Shown here in pieces: positions 1-8,505 of a stretch of DNA of 56,331 nt (within the stretch, counting starts at the first letter, position 1; each line of letters opens with the position of its first letter). The stretch lies in the IMG/VR virus record IMGVR_UViG_3300030451_001708, positions 1 to 56,331 of that record, one strand, 5' to 3'. Under the pieces are notes generated by a model. That model made no database searches. It was not told the origin of the DNA and saw only the letters and a program-made list of their open reading frames with translations. The translations under genes were made by a program, and so were the position numbers. Origin of the DNA: a virus (taxonomy: Duplodnaviria > Caudoviricetes).

Positions 1-541
1 GTTTCATTGAAAGGTAATACGCTAATCCTGCCACCATACAAGGGTAAAAACGAAAAGGCATATCGGTAGTATTGACAAGAGCGTCTGCGTCTTGGATTCT
101 ACGGACAAAATAATAAATTAATTGATCGGTAGAGTTTTCTGGGACAGACCAAAGATTTATTACAGGATCTATTTGCCTGTCAAAATAATACTGACTAGGA
201 CGACCTTGTGTCGTTTTATTCGGTATCGTCAAGTATTCACCACGACTTATCCTCTGTATTGTAAAATCCGTGTTATCTCTACGGAGAACAACTTCTAAAA
301 CATCAACGACATCTGAAGTTAAAGTTTGTTGGGCTTGGCCTGCCGTCAAGGTGATTGTGCCTTGATTTACAGTCCAGAGATTTAATCCTCTATTAGCCCA
401 ATCTGCAAACATCAGGTTCAAAGATCTACGTGCTGTCTTAGCATCATAGCCAGTGCGGACCTCTAGTCCGCATCTCTCATATGCTTCTTCAATTACCTCC
501 CCGACATCGAGGTTAAAGTCTCTTGATCCTGATGTTGTCAT
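1..541 (-). CDS. Head-tail connector/adaptor-like virion protein, N-terminal part (runs off the window start; absent from the ORF track)
   Basis: ATG at 541 opens MTTSGSRDFNLDVGEVIEEAYERCGLEVRTGYDAKTARRSLNLMFADWANRGLNLWTV...PCMVAGLAYYLSMK, open to position 1. Function inferred from resemblance to podovirus adaptor proteins and from position. Confidence 0.7.
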   Translation of the reverse strand, partial: MTTSGSRDFNLDVGEVIEEAYERCGLEVRTGYDAKTARRSLNLMFADWANRGLNLWTVNQGTITLTAGQAQQTLTSDVVDVLEVVLRRDNTDFTIQRISRGEYLTIPNKTTQGRPSQYYFDRQIDPVINLWSVPENSTDQLIYYFVRRIQDADALVNTTDMPFRFYPCMVAGLAYYLSMK

Positions 542-545
542 GGCA

Positions 546-710
546 TCAACTCATATGTGGTTTCTGGTTTGTCTTAACTACGACTGCGCCACCGTTTTTA
601 AATCCTGTGACTTTGCCGCCTTTTTTCAACTCTACTCCACGACCTTTTAAAATATCTTTTTGGGTGACCTTACCGTCTCCCGTTAAGTCTGGAAAAGATT
701 TTTTAGCCAT
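546..710 (-). CDS. Small basic protein with an EF-hand-like DxxxDG loop and two KxGG motifs
   Basis: MAKKSFPDLTGDGKVTQKDIL...LKKGGKVTGFKNGGAV; GGAGG SD upstream of ATG 710. Confidence 0.7.
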   Translation of the reverse strand: MAKKSFPDLTGDGKVTQKDILKGRGVELKKGGKVTGFKNGGAVVVKTNQKPHMS

Positions 711-1389
711 CGTTATCCTCCTGATTATAAAGATTATCAAAAACTCTATTCACATCTAGTGTATAGTCTAAATCACTTTTTGAATAGTGTATATGTTGTG
801 AAGGTCTAAAGTCTGGTGCACCCTCACCTACCGCAAACCAAGCAGGATGTGTCACCCTCACTCGATTGTTTGGTAACGCCACTATGTTTCCTGTCCATTC
901 TCCTGCGTTCAACAATTGCATCACATGGCTTTGTTTATGTTGTGCCGGATCATCTGCAATCTCACTGTTGGTATAGTCTACAGTAAACAGATACTTGGCA
1001 GGAAACATCTCGCCGTTTATTTTGGCTAACCATGGACACGGTGTAGCTCTTTCTAAGACGTAAACGGAATGGTAATGAGAAGCACAATCCCAAGGCTGTG
1101 CATCATGTGTTGCCATAGGTTCAGGCCACTCTTCGAGCGGGATGTCTGCAACCAATGCCGTGATAGGCATTCTTGCCCACATTGCACCACCGTGAACGGT
1201 ATCCTCTTCTTCACCCTCCGCCTCGCAACCAGTAAAGATTACTTGAAAACTAAGGGATCTATTAGGAATAGTTGTTACAGCAACAACCATAGCATGAAGA
1301 AACTCACCGTGATATTGTTCATGATTATGTGTGTATTCACGACGAACCCAAGCCTTAAAATAAGGAATATTACTTTGTAGATATGGCAT
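703..1389 (-). CDS. Phage protein of unknown function (228 aa; Trp/His/Cys-containing, globular-looking)
   Basis: Long ORF coupled to both neighbours; motifs AQPWDC and QHKQSH. Confidence 0.8.
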   Translation of the reverse strand: MPYLQSNIPYFKAWVRREYTHNHEQYHGEFLHAMVVAVTTIPNRSLSFQVIFTGCEAEGEEEDTVHGGAMWARMPITALVADIPLEEWPEPMATHDAQPWDCASHYHSVYVLERATPCPWLAKINGEMFPAKYLFTVDYTNSEIADDPAQHKQSHVMQLLNAGEWTGNIVALPNNRVRVTHPAWFAVGEGAPDFRPSQHIHYSKSDLDYTLDVNRVFDNLYNQEDNDG

Positions 1390-1394
1390 TCTAG

Positions 1395-1634
1395 TTAGAA
1401 GATTCCTTTAAATCCAGAGCCACCAACTCTACCACCTTTAACCATACCCTTAGGCTTAACCTTGCCACCATTCTTCATACCCTTAGGCTTAACCTTGCCA
1501 CCATTCTTCATCCCTTTGGGCTTAACCTTGCCACCGTTCTTCATTCCCTTGGGCTTGACCTTGCCACCGTTTTTCATCCCTTTGGGTTTTATTTTGCCGC
1601 CATTACGGTAGCCCTTTTTCTTCTTCATAGCCAT
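1395..1634 (-). CDS. Lys-rich tandem-repeat protein (GMKNGGKVKPK units)
   Basis: AGGAG SD before ATG 1634; six 11-aa units. Confidence 0.8.
   Translation of the reverse strand: MAMKKKKGYRNGGKIKPKGMKNGGKVKPKGMKNGGKVKPKGMKNGGKVKPKGMKNGGKVKPKGMVKGGRVGGSGFKGIF
1425..1615. repeat. 33-bp coding tandem repeat, about 6 copies
   Basis: Units like TTAACCTTGCCACCATTCTTCATACCCTTAGGC recur every 33 bp, differing mainly at synonymous sites. Confidence 0.9.
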
Positions 1635-1647
1635 GTGAGTTCTCCTT

Positions 1648-2031
1648 TCAAAACTGTCTAACTGCACCTTTGGTTCTCTTACGACGATTAGGCATGATTG
1701 CCCCACAACCTCTAGCCACTGCTGTACCTTTTTGTGACTTACCTCTAAAAGGTCTTTTTGGCTTAGTTGTCTTTATTTCACCTCCATTTTTAAGGTTTTT
1801 GACCTCTGCTGCTTTCGTGTTTTTAACAACAGTTCTACCTTTTTTACCTTCTCGTTTTTTCTTTTGAGCAGTTTTCTTTCGCTCTGCTTTGGAAAGGCTT
1901 TCTGCTTTTGCTCTTGGTAAACATCTGTCAGGATTCTTTTTATTCTTAGACGTACCACACTTGCCTTTTATGCTACCATCTGAGCCAATTCTAACCCAAT
2001 CTTGTTTTAACCATTTTTTTAATTCACCCAT
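1648..2031 (-). CDS. Small basic Cys-containing protein
   Basis: MGELKKWLKQDWVRIG...GKCG...DRCLP...LKNGGEI...ARGCGAIM; start overlaps the upstream stop. Confidence 0.75.
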   Translation of the reverse strand: MGELKKWLKQDWVRIGSDGSIKGKCGTSKNKKNPDRCLPRAKAESLSKAERKKTAQKKKREGKKGRTVVKNTKAAEVKNLKNGGEIKTTKPKRPFRGKSQKGTAVARGCGAIMPNRRKRTKGAVRQF

Positions 2032-2311
2032 TGGAGTTACCGCGCTGTTTTCTAATCGCTTCTTTACCTTTTTTAGCAATTTGAGCTTGTTTTGGTTTTC
2101 CTGCTACCTTTGCTCTTTGTTCTAAAACTGTCAATATTTGTATCTTTCTGGCAAAAGGCTTCTTTATTTTTTTTACTTTTGCAACTGTGTCTCTAGCATC
2201 TTTTTCTGTTGCGTATTTTATAGAGACAGTGTCTTTAGGATTCTCATCCGTGTAAAGCCTACGACCGCTTTTTTTAGGCTTTTTACCAGTTCCTTTTTTA
2301 GGATCAGCCAT
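2024..2311 (-). CDS. Small basic protein
   Basis: 95-aa Lys-rich ORF with TAATG coupling. Confidence 0.75.
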   Translation of the reverse strand: MADPKKGTGKKPKKSGRRLYTDENPKDTVSIKYATEKDARDTVAKVKKIKKPFARKIQILTVLEQRAKVAGKPKQAQIAKKGKEAIRKQRGNSNG

Positions 2312-2580
2312 TACCTACCTTTACGTTTGCCGCCCTTCGCTTTTTTAGCATAGTTCGGATCTTTACAGTATTTAGATGCAGCAAGATTTGCATACGCTGA
2401 AGGATATGTATCAAAGGTTCTTTTCGCCCAAGCTTTACCCTCTGGACATATCTTACTACCTTTAGATTTAGCAGAAACTTTTCCGCCTTTTTTATAGTAA
2501 GTTAAACCTTTCGGAGTGCCTTTACTCTTTTGAGGCGGCTTTGAAATTTGCTGTCGCATCTGTGCCCTGGACATTGCCAT
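2311..2580 (-). CDS. Small basic protein with YKKGG motif
   Basis: MAMSRAQM...YYKKGGKV...KICPEG...YPSAYAN...YCKD; GGAG SD. Confidence 0.75.
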   Translation of the reverse strand: MAMSRAQMRQQISKPPQKSKGTPKGLTYYKKGGKVSAKSKGSKICPEGKAWAKRTFDTYPSAYANLAASKYCKDPNYAKKAKGGKRKGR

Positions 2581-2752
2581 AACGTATCTCCATTTGCGTT
2601 TTCATAAAATCAATTTGTGAGGCCATAACCTCTGTTCGTTTATCTACAGCGATTAGAGTCTTTGTGACCCAATCAGCCCAACTATAACCAACACCCCCAA
2701 CACCAAGGATAAAAGCTGTTACAAGAGTTACCGTCACTTGTCTATTCAACAT
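2522..2752 (-). CDS. Small protein with an N-terminal transmembrane helix
   Basis: Hydrophobic VTVTLVTAFILGVGGVGYSW followed by a coiled-coil-like segment. Confidence 0.6.
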   Translation of the reverse strand: MLNRQVTVTLVTAFILGVGGVGYSWADWVTKTLIAVDKRTEVMASQIDFMKTQMEIRYGNVQGTDATANFKAASKE

Positions 2753-3033
2753 CTCCACCTTTTTCTTGCTTGTCTTAAACGAGAATTTGGATCTTTAGCT
2801 GCCTTTGGAAACTTTTTCATTTGACCCGCAGATCGAGCACAAAAAGATTTACGACGTGCTTTTTCTGACTTAGTCAGACCCTTTTTCTTAGTCACCGCAG
2901 TTTTTAGTTTAGAGCCGGGGTTTTTACGACGGTATGCTTTCACACCCGCCTCAGTCATTCCCGCCCCTTTTTTTGTGGGGCGGAAATTTTTCTTGTTTCT
3001 CTTTGGCATCTTATCGCGTTTACGCTCTGCCAT
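2746..3033 (-). CDS. Small Lys/Arg-rich protein (SFCAR...RWRC)
   Basis: GAGMTEAGVKAYRRKNPGSKLKTAVT...RRKSFCARSAGQM...RWRC. Confidence 0.8.
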   Translation of the reverse strand: MAERKRDKMPKRNKKNFRPTKKGAGMTEAGVKAYRRKNPGSKLKTAVTKKKGLTKSEKARRKSFCARSAGQMKKFPKAAKDPNSRLRQARKRWRC

Positions 3034-3037
3034 TGTA

Positions 3038-3310
3038 TTACCCAAAGAATCCAGTGATTGAATCAATATTAGTGAGTGTCACATGACACTCATCATCAAA
3101 AATCATACCATGATCTGGAATAGTAATCTGGTTATCATCACTCGTGTGAAACACCATAGACAATAACGTTGCTCCACCACTACCGTTTTTGAACACAACA
3201 GCAGGAGAACCGCTACCCGCAGTCTTTACGTAGAATGCTTTTAGTCTAGTTCGACCACCCTGTAATGTACCAGTCGCCGTAGCTGTCTTTGCAGAAATAG
3301 AAGCAGCCAT
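3038..3310 (-). CDS. Small beta-rich virion protein (head decoration/spike-like)
   Basis: 90-aa ORF with GGAGG SD, downstream of the capsid genes. Confidence 0.6.
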   Translation of the reverse strand: MAASISAKTATATGTLQGGRTRLKAFYVKTAGSGSPAVVFKNGSGGATLLSMVFHTSDDNQITIPDHGMIFDDECHVTLTNIDSITGFFG

Positions 3311-3322
3311 AGTGCCCTCCTA

Positions 3323-3784
3323 TTAGCCAAGGTTATTATTTTGAGCATACAAAATAGTAATACGAATCTCACCGGCAGAGGTTGCGGCAGAGTTAGTAAC
3401 AGTCAAACGAATGTCTGCTGTTCCTGTGTCTTCCCACGCTAATGCACCACCAGATTCGGTAGTTGGATATTTGCGTCCTGCGGTAGTTCCAATTCCAAAT
3501 GTATTTACAAGAGTTGCTGCACCACCAACGGTGTCTCCAACGCTTATATTTGTAGCTCCACTTGCTGCTGTTATAACGTCAAGCACACAATCGATAATCT
3601 GAGAGTTTGCAGGAATAACAACATCTGTAACTTGTGCAGCTAATGCACCACCAGATAGATCTGCTGCAAATGTCTGAGACATTACTACTTGACCAGTGTT
3701 TTTGATATTTGAACCAAGGGTTGTACCCGTAGTTTCTTTGATGGTTCCTGCTTTAATAGGACCAGAAAAAGTTGTTGTACCCAT
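3323..3784 (-). CDS. Capsid decoration/fibre-like virion protein
   Basis: MGTTTFSGPIKAG start with AGGAG SD; Thr/Gly/Ala-rich; immediately after the major capsid gene. Confidence 0.65.
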   Translation of the reverse strand: MGTTTFSGPIKAGTIKETTGTTLGSNIKNTGQVVMSQTFAADLSGGALAAQVTDVVIPANSQIIDCVLDVITAASGATNISVGDTVGGAATLVNTFGIGTTAGRKYPTTESGGALAWEDTGTADIRLTVTNSAATSAGEIRITILYAQNNNLG

Positions 3785-3861
3785 GTCGATCTCCTGTCTT
3801 GGGTTAGTCAGTCGCCCCATGCGACTGTCAGGGATGGTGACAGAATAACTTACTTTTAAAC

Positions 3862-3890
3862 AAAAAGAAAGGGGCAACCGAAGTCGCCCC
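3862..3890 (-). terminator. Rho-independent terminator after the major capsid gene
   Basis: Minus strand GGGGCGAC-TTCG-GTTGCCCC followed by TTTCTTTTT. Confidence 0.9.
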
Positions 3891-3925
3891 AATCATACTC
3901 GGAGGAGATCCTCCTATATCACATA

Positions 3926-4837
3926 TTAGGCTCCAGGGGAACCAAATACACAACGTGCATCACTAAAGCCAAAGCTATAACGCTCACGAGCCTTGTAACG
4001 CATGTTACCTGTATCGAAGTCTGCCTCCATGCCAGTTGACATCGGAGTTCTTTCGAAATGGATAAATCCACGAGGAGCGTCTGTAAGGATAAAGAACGCA
4101 TCAGGATCAGTTAGGTAGTCATTAACGGCGTAACCGTTTGGCAACATACCCATTGATCTTAGAGCATTTACATCATTATCCGCTGTACCAACACGAAGGT
4201 TAGATACCATTAGACGTTCTGCAATGAACTGTAGTTGACGCGGAATAATTAATTTTAATCCACGTAGTGCAACTTTAAGTCCGCGCTCATCGACAAATCC
4301 TGCGATGTTAATCAAAGCATCTTCAAGAGATGTTTCGTTCAAATCAGCAGCAGTTGCAGGTTCGTTGGCAAACGTACCACCTGAAGTAAGTGGGTGGTCA
4401 GTCGCACATAAAGCAACGCCATCACCACCTGCAAAAGCGCCTGCGGTAAATGCATTGTTAAGAACTGAAGCAGCCTTAACTTGCTTTGTGTGTGCCATTG
4501 AACGAGCCAACGCACGAGTATAACGTGAACCAAGACGATCATAAAGATTGTCTTCGATAGCTTCCTCAGTAATTGAGAATGCCAACGCTATCGTTTCGTG
4601 GTTGTAACGAGCAGTATATGCTTCGTTAGCGTCGTCAAAATTTACTGCGCCACCTTCTGATTTAGTAGGTGCCGCTCCGAAACCAGACAACATCACTTCT
4701 TCTTCGAATGCTCGATCAGAAGCTTCTGTTGTATAGATCTCTGCATGTTGGTTTTCGTACCTATCGTACTCCATACCGAACAAAGCGTTGAGACCTGGTT
4801 CCAACTCTTTCGCTAGTTGTGCGCGAGATATAGCCAT
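3926..4837 (-). CDS. Major capsid protein
   Basis: MAISRAQLAKELEPGLNALFG...YKARERYSFG; 303 aa; lies after scaffold genes and before a strong terminator. Confidence 0.9.
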   Translation of the reverse strand: MAISRAQLAKELEPGLNALFGMEYDRYENQHAEIYTTEASDRAFEEEVMLSGFGAAPTKSEGGAVNFDDANEAYTARYNHETIALAFSITEEAIEDNLYDRLGSRYTRALARSMAHTKQVKAASVLNNAFTAGAFAGGDGVALCATDHPLTSGGTFANEPATAADLNETSLEDALINIAGFVDERGLKVALRGLKLIIPRQLQFIAERLMVSNLRVGTADNDVNALRSMGMLPNGYAVNDYLTDPDAFFILTDAPRGFIHFERTPMSTGMEADFDTGNMRYKARERYSFGFSDARCVFGSPGA

Positions 4838-4849
4838 AAGTCAGTCTCC

Positions 4850-5485
4850 TTATACGCCAGTCGTTGAAACAGTACCGCCTGCAATAGCACCATTTGGTGA
4901 ATTGAAGGAGTTGTTTAAACGAACGATTAATGGAATACCCGCAGCAGTAAAATCTGAGTTTTCAGGGTCATCTTGAATGCCCATAATACGCAGATTTAAG
5001 TTTGCGGTGACAGCGATTGTGCTGACAGCCAACTTAGCAGATGAGATACCTGTGGTTGTTGAACCAGAAGCAGCAGTTGCAAAGTTAGCATTAGCAAACA
5101 CATGTCCTCGAGCAGTCGCTTCACTTGTTAGTGTAGCATCTGAACAAATCACATATGATTGTAATGGGTTGTCATACACAAAACCTTTGACGGGGAAGTT
5201 AGTATCCGCGCCAGATCCAGGCCAGAAATTAGAAAAAACTTTCTCACCAGTGGTAGACGAAACGTATTCAGCACCTGCGAAAACACCCACAAGACCTACA
5301 GTACCACCCGCAGCCGCGCCAACAATGTCAATGAAGCCAGTTGATAGCGGGATTACAGGAGAACCTTGATAGATCGCGTTTGTGTTTCCGGCTGCTATAC
5401 GATACTCGGTCGCACCAGTGGTGTTGTAGCCCTGACCGACTACACCAATCGGACGGAGTCCGAATGCAACGTTAGTATTTGCCAT
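4850..5485 (-). CDS. Auxiliary capsid/head decoration protein
   Basis: MANTNVAFGLRPIG, Gly/Ala/Thr-rich, directly upstream of the major capsid gene. Confidence 0.65.
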   Translation of the reverse strand: MANTNVAFGLRPIGVVGQGYNTTGATEYRIAAGNTNAIYQGSPVIPLSTGFIDIVGAAAGGTVGLVGVFAGAEYVSSTTGEKVFSNFWPGSGADTNFPVKGFVYDNPLQSYVICSDATLTSEATARGHVFANANFATAASGSTTTGISSAKLAVSTIAVTANLNLRIMGIQDDPENSDFTAAGIPLIVRLNNSFNSPNGAIAGGTVSTTGV

Positions 5486-5502
5486 AATAGCAATCCTTTA
5501 TG

Positions 5503-5961
5503 TTAATCGGAGTCGCTTTCGCGGCCTCCGAAGGTTACACGACTTTGCCGACTATTAGAAATCGGCATTGAAGGATGTTGCTCCTTCATCAAGTCCTGAT
5601 CCACAGCAGTCATTTGTTCGCGGGTTCGGCCCCCGTAATACTCGTTTCTTTCATGTGCTGTCTCTTCAGGTATGCGACACAGCATCAGTCCACCTTGTCC
5701 AATCACTCCCTGATATTTGCCATCGTCGATGACAGGAGCTTCATAGTTTGGATATTCATCTGCACGAACGGGTTCCCATCCTTCACGTAGTTTGGAGTGG
5801 ACATTCATCTTGTCCTCTTCGCCACGCATAGCAACTCTTATCCAACGATGCACATATCCCTCTGGAGGATTTGGTGCTTCAAGGTGACTGGGCGGTGCCC
5901 ATGGTTTTCTACGAGATTCACTATCTCGGGTAGTTTGAGCGCGTGGTTTTCTATCAGTCAT
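5503..5961 (-). CDS. Head-module protein of unknown function
   Basis: WAPPSHL...GYVHRWIR...REGWEPV...GGLMLCRIP; between scaffold and capsid genes. Confidence 0.7.
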   Translation of the reverse strand: MTDRKPRAQTTRDSESRRKPWAPPSHLEAPNPPEGYVHRWIRVAMRGEEDKMNVHSKLREGWEPVRADEYPNYEAPVIDDGKYQGVIGQGGLMLCRIPEETAHERNEYYGGRTREQMTAVDQDLMKEQHPSMPISNSRQSRVTFGGRESDSD

Positions 5962-5964
5962 TGC

Positions 5965-6888
5965 TTAATCCTTTACATACTTGGCATATTCCTCAAGAGG
6001 AACGTTTAGCTTTTTTGCAATAGCGATCTGCGATGGTGATAGTTTCACGCTATTCTTACGCCCCTGTTTTGGATTGCGAGATGCAGATGAACCAGCAGAG
6101 GCGACCTGATTCGATCCCGATTTTTTCGCTGCTTGAAACTTGTTCGGAAACTCTGAACGCAAGCGACGATCAATTTCACTATAGTACTCATCGCTGTTCG
6201 GGTCAAACCCTTCTTCTTCGATAAGCTTTCGGTGAATACCAAACGTGGCGTAAGTCATGACTTCGTCTTGACCAAACCACTCATTCTTTTCAGCCCAGTC
6301 TTTAGCTTTTGGATCAGGCTTTGCTTGTTGTTGTAGAGCCGCTTGTTGTTGCGGCGCAACCTGTTGCTGTTGAGGTTGTTGCTGTACTGCAACACGTTCA
6401 TCAGCTTTTTTCTTAGCAAGCTCGTAGCGATCAGATTCTGCTGTTGCTCTGGCAAGAGCTTCTTGTCCGGCAGTAATTGCATCTGCATCCCCAGACTCAT
6501 AAGCTTCTTTAAACACACGTCGTGCAGCTTCCAGTTGACTTTCTACTCTTGCACCTTGTTCATTCAAATACCCAGAGTCTAAACTTTCAACACGAGTTTT
6601 TAGTTTTTTATTTTCTTCCATCAACTGTTCAGCCATACGCACGGCTTCTTCACGTTGAAGTTGCTCGTTTCTATAACGGTCATTTAATTGTTTAATACGT
6701 TTCTGAACACCTTTGGAGTAACTTTCTAACTCCTCCTCTTGCGTTTGTTCTTTGGGTTTTTCTTCTTCGACTGTTTCCTCTTCAGTTGCAACTTTAGCCT
6801 CTGGTTCAGGATCTGTTTCAATAAAAACTTCCTGTCCTTCTTCCTCTACTTCTGCTTCTGGTTTTTCTTCTTCATACGTGTTTGACAT
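5965..6888 (-). CDS. Capsid scaffolding protein
   Basis: Acidic N-terminus, long coiled coil and C-terminal VKLSPSQIAIAKKLNVPLEEYAKYVK helix; typical position. Confidence 0.75.
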   Translation of the reverse strand: MSNTYEEEKPEAEVEEEGQEVFIETDPEPEAKVATEEETVEEEKPKEQTQEEELESYSKGVQKRIKQLNDRYRNEQLQREEAVRMAEQLMEENKKLKTRVESLDSGYLNEQGARVESQLEAARRVFKEAYESGDADAITAGQEALARATAESDRYELAKKKADERVAVQQQPQQQQVAPQQQAALQQQAKPDPKAKDWAEKNEWFGQDEVMTYATFGIHRKLIEEEGFDPNSDEYYSEIDRRLRSEFPNKFQAAKKSGSNQVASAGSSASRNPKQGRKNSVKLSPSQIAIAKKLNVPLEEYAKYVKD

Positions 6889-7360
6889 CTGTTGGCTCCA
6901 AAATTGTAGCAATTACCTCGTCGTCATTTATGATACGAACTTCTCCGCCATCAATCTTAAAACGAGAACCTGAGTAACGACCAATGCATACCCACTGGCC
7001 TTGTTCGCACCAAGGTTGTCCCTCTGGTCCAAACTTGTCTGGGTCTTTGTAAGCTAACGGTCCTAATTTAAGAACATAGGCAACAACAGTTGCTACTGCC
7101 TCACGTTCACGTACTTCGTCTGGTACAAACAAACCACCCGCTGTTTTAGATGAACCCTGATACGGCATAACTAAAAGTCTCCAACCAGTGGGTTGAGGAA
7201 GCCGTTCAAGTAATGATTTATCTAAAAGAGAAGGATCTAGTTCACGTTTGCCAGATTCCACGAATGCATTTTCAACAGAGGGACTGTCCGCCTTGGCGTC
7301 TTGTCTTTCTTTGTTTACTTGTTTTGCAACGTGGTCAGGAAGATATAAAGTCTTCGACAT
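6872..7360 (-). CDS. groES: Co-chaperonin GroES (Cpn10) homolog
   Basis: PTGWRLLV...TAGGLFVP...VLKLGP...GQWVCIGRYSG...VRIINDDEVIATI matches the Cpn10 pattern. Confidence 0.85.
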   Translation of the reverse strand: MSKTLYLPDHVAKQVNKERQDAKADSPSVENAFVESGKRELDPSLLDKSLLERLPQPTGWRLLVMPYQGSSKTAGGLFVPDEVREREAVATVVAYVLKLGPLAYKDPDKFGPEGQPWCEQGQWVCIGRYSGSRFKIDGGEVRIINDDEVIATILEPTDVKHV

Positions 7361-7547
7361 CGTCTGCATTTTTCTCCAACAGGGTCTTGATTTCTTCTCG
7401 AGCGAAAGAGAGACCCCGTATCTCTCCCACTGTCATTTTGTATTGCTCCCAGTTCTGAACTGAACCATGAGAAAGAGCGGAACTCAAATCTTTTTCACGC
7501 TCTTCTAATTTTTTATACATATATTTACATATGTCAACAATATCCAT
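7335..7547 (-). CDS. Small head-module protein
   Basis: 70-aa coupled ORF with WEQYKMTVGEIRGL. Confidence 0.7.
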   Translation of the reverse strand: MDIVDICKYMYKKLEEREKDLSSALSHGSVQNWEQYKMTVGEIRGLSFAREEIKTLLEKNADDVEDFISS

Positions 7548-7885
7548 TAATATGTTTTTCCTCGATTAGGATCGTCCCTAACGTCAGCAATACGACCACC
7601 TTCTGAAAACTTAGCGGGGACAACTGATTTAGGATCAATTAGTCCTGTAGGAGGCACTTGTGGCAATTGAATGTCAGGAACAGGTTTTGGTTTTGGTTTT
7701 GGCTTTTTCTTAAGTCTATCCATGTCAAACTGCCTACTTCTATCTGTAGCACGAGGTTTTTCTTCTGGTCTTGGTTTTGGTTTTATTATATTTTTTTTCT
7801 TTGGCACTAACAGTTGATCGTCTGCTTCAGGGGGACTTACGTCAACAAACTTAAAACTTTTCTTTGGTGATGGAGGCATTGCCAT
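7547..7885 (-). CDS. Pro/Lys-rich disordered protein with FSEGG motif
   Basis: AAGGAG SD; KPKPKP tracts; ends KFSEGGRIADVRDDPNRGKTY. Confidence 0.7.
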   Translation of the reverse strand: MAMPPSPKKSFKFVDVSPPEADDQLLVPKKKNIIKPKPRPEEKPRATDRSRQFDMDRLKKKPKPKPKPVPDIQLPQVPPTGLIDPKSVVPAKFSEGGRIADVRDDPNRGKTY

Positions 7886-7896
7886 GGTATTCTCCT

Positions 7897-8505
7897 TTAG
7901 TTTAACCACTTATAAATTTTATGAGTTTCTTTTTGACGATGTTTCAATCCGTTATACCCACCGTTTACTCTTTTGGTAATAGTCTTAATAACATCATCAT
8001 TAACACCTTCGTCACATATTTCCCACAGTTTGTTTCTGTGAAAGAACCAAATGGCACTTTCCATCGGATACTTAGACGCCATAAGATCTGGATCTTTCAT
8101 AACTTCAGGCATATCCATATCCGCTGCGAACTGAGAATAGTTATTTTTGCCCGTGCACTGAAGGAAACCACGCCCCCGCCACAGATATCCTTGTCCGTCA
8201 TTACCCATTCTACCGCCATACACTTTATCCGCCAGTGCTTGGGGATTACGTGCACAACTCTCAGCCTCACCTTCTGTTGGAAAATATTTACCAAACACTT
8301 TGAGAATGGCTTCTTTAGAATAGTTTAAGTTTTCCTCAACGTATTTAAACGTACCGCTTTCATGTACCAACTGACCAAGAAAATGTGCCCCACGCTCTGG
8401 ATTCAGAGCGTAGTGGTCACAGATCTTCTTTGCAGTGTTGGGGCCAAACGCACCATCTGGTGTGGCTCCTATCTTCTCTTGCAATGTCTTTAGTGCTTCA
8501 CTCAT
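7897..8505 (-). CDS. Endolysin, glycoside hydrolase family 19, with a short peptidoglycan-binding N-terminus
   Basis: LQEKIGATPDGAFGPNT; FLGQLVHESG; EENLNYS; WRGRGFLQCTGKNNY; TKRVNGGYNGLKHR. Confidence 0.9.
   Translation of the reverse strand: MSEALKTLQEKIGATPDGAFGPNTAKKICDHYALNPERGAHFLGQLVHESGTFKYVEENLNYSKEAILKVFGKYFPTEGEAESCARNPQALADKVYGGRMGNDGQGYLWRGRGFLQCTGKNNYSQFAADMDMPEVMKDPDLMASKYPMESAIWFFHRNKLWEICDEGVNDDVIKTITKRVNGGYNGLKHRQKETHKIYKWLN

Noticed and set aside
1425-1615. 33-bp periodic repeat as a CRISPR array
   Set aside because: Units are contiguous with no spacers, stay in frame and vary synonymously; no cas genes are present.
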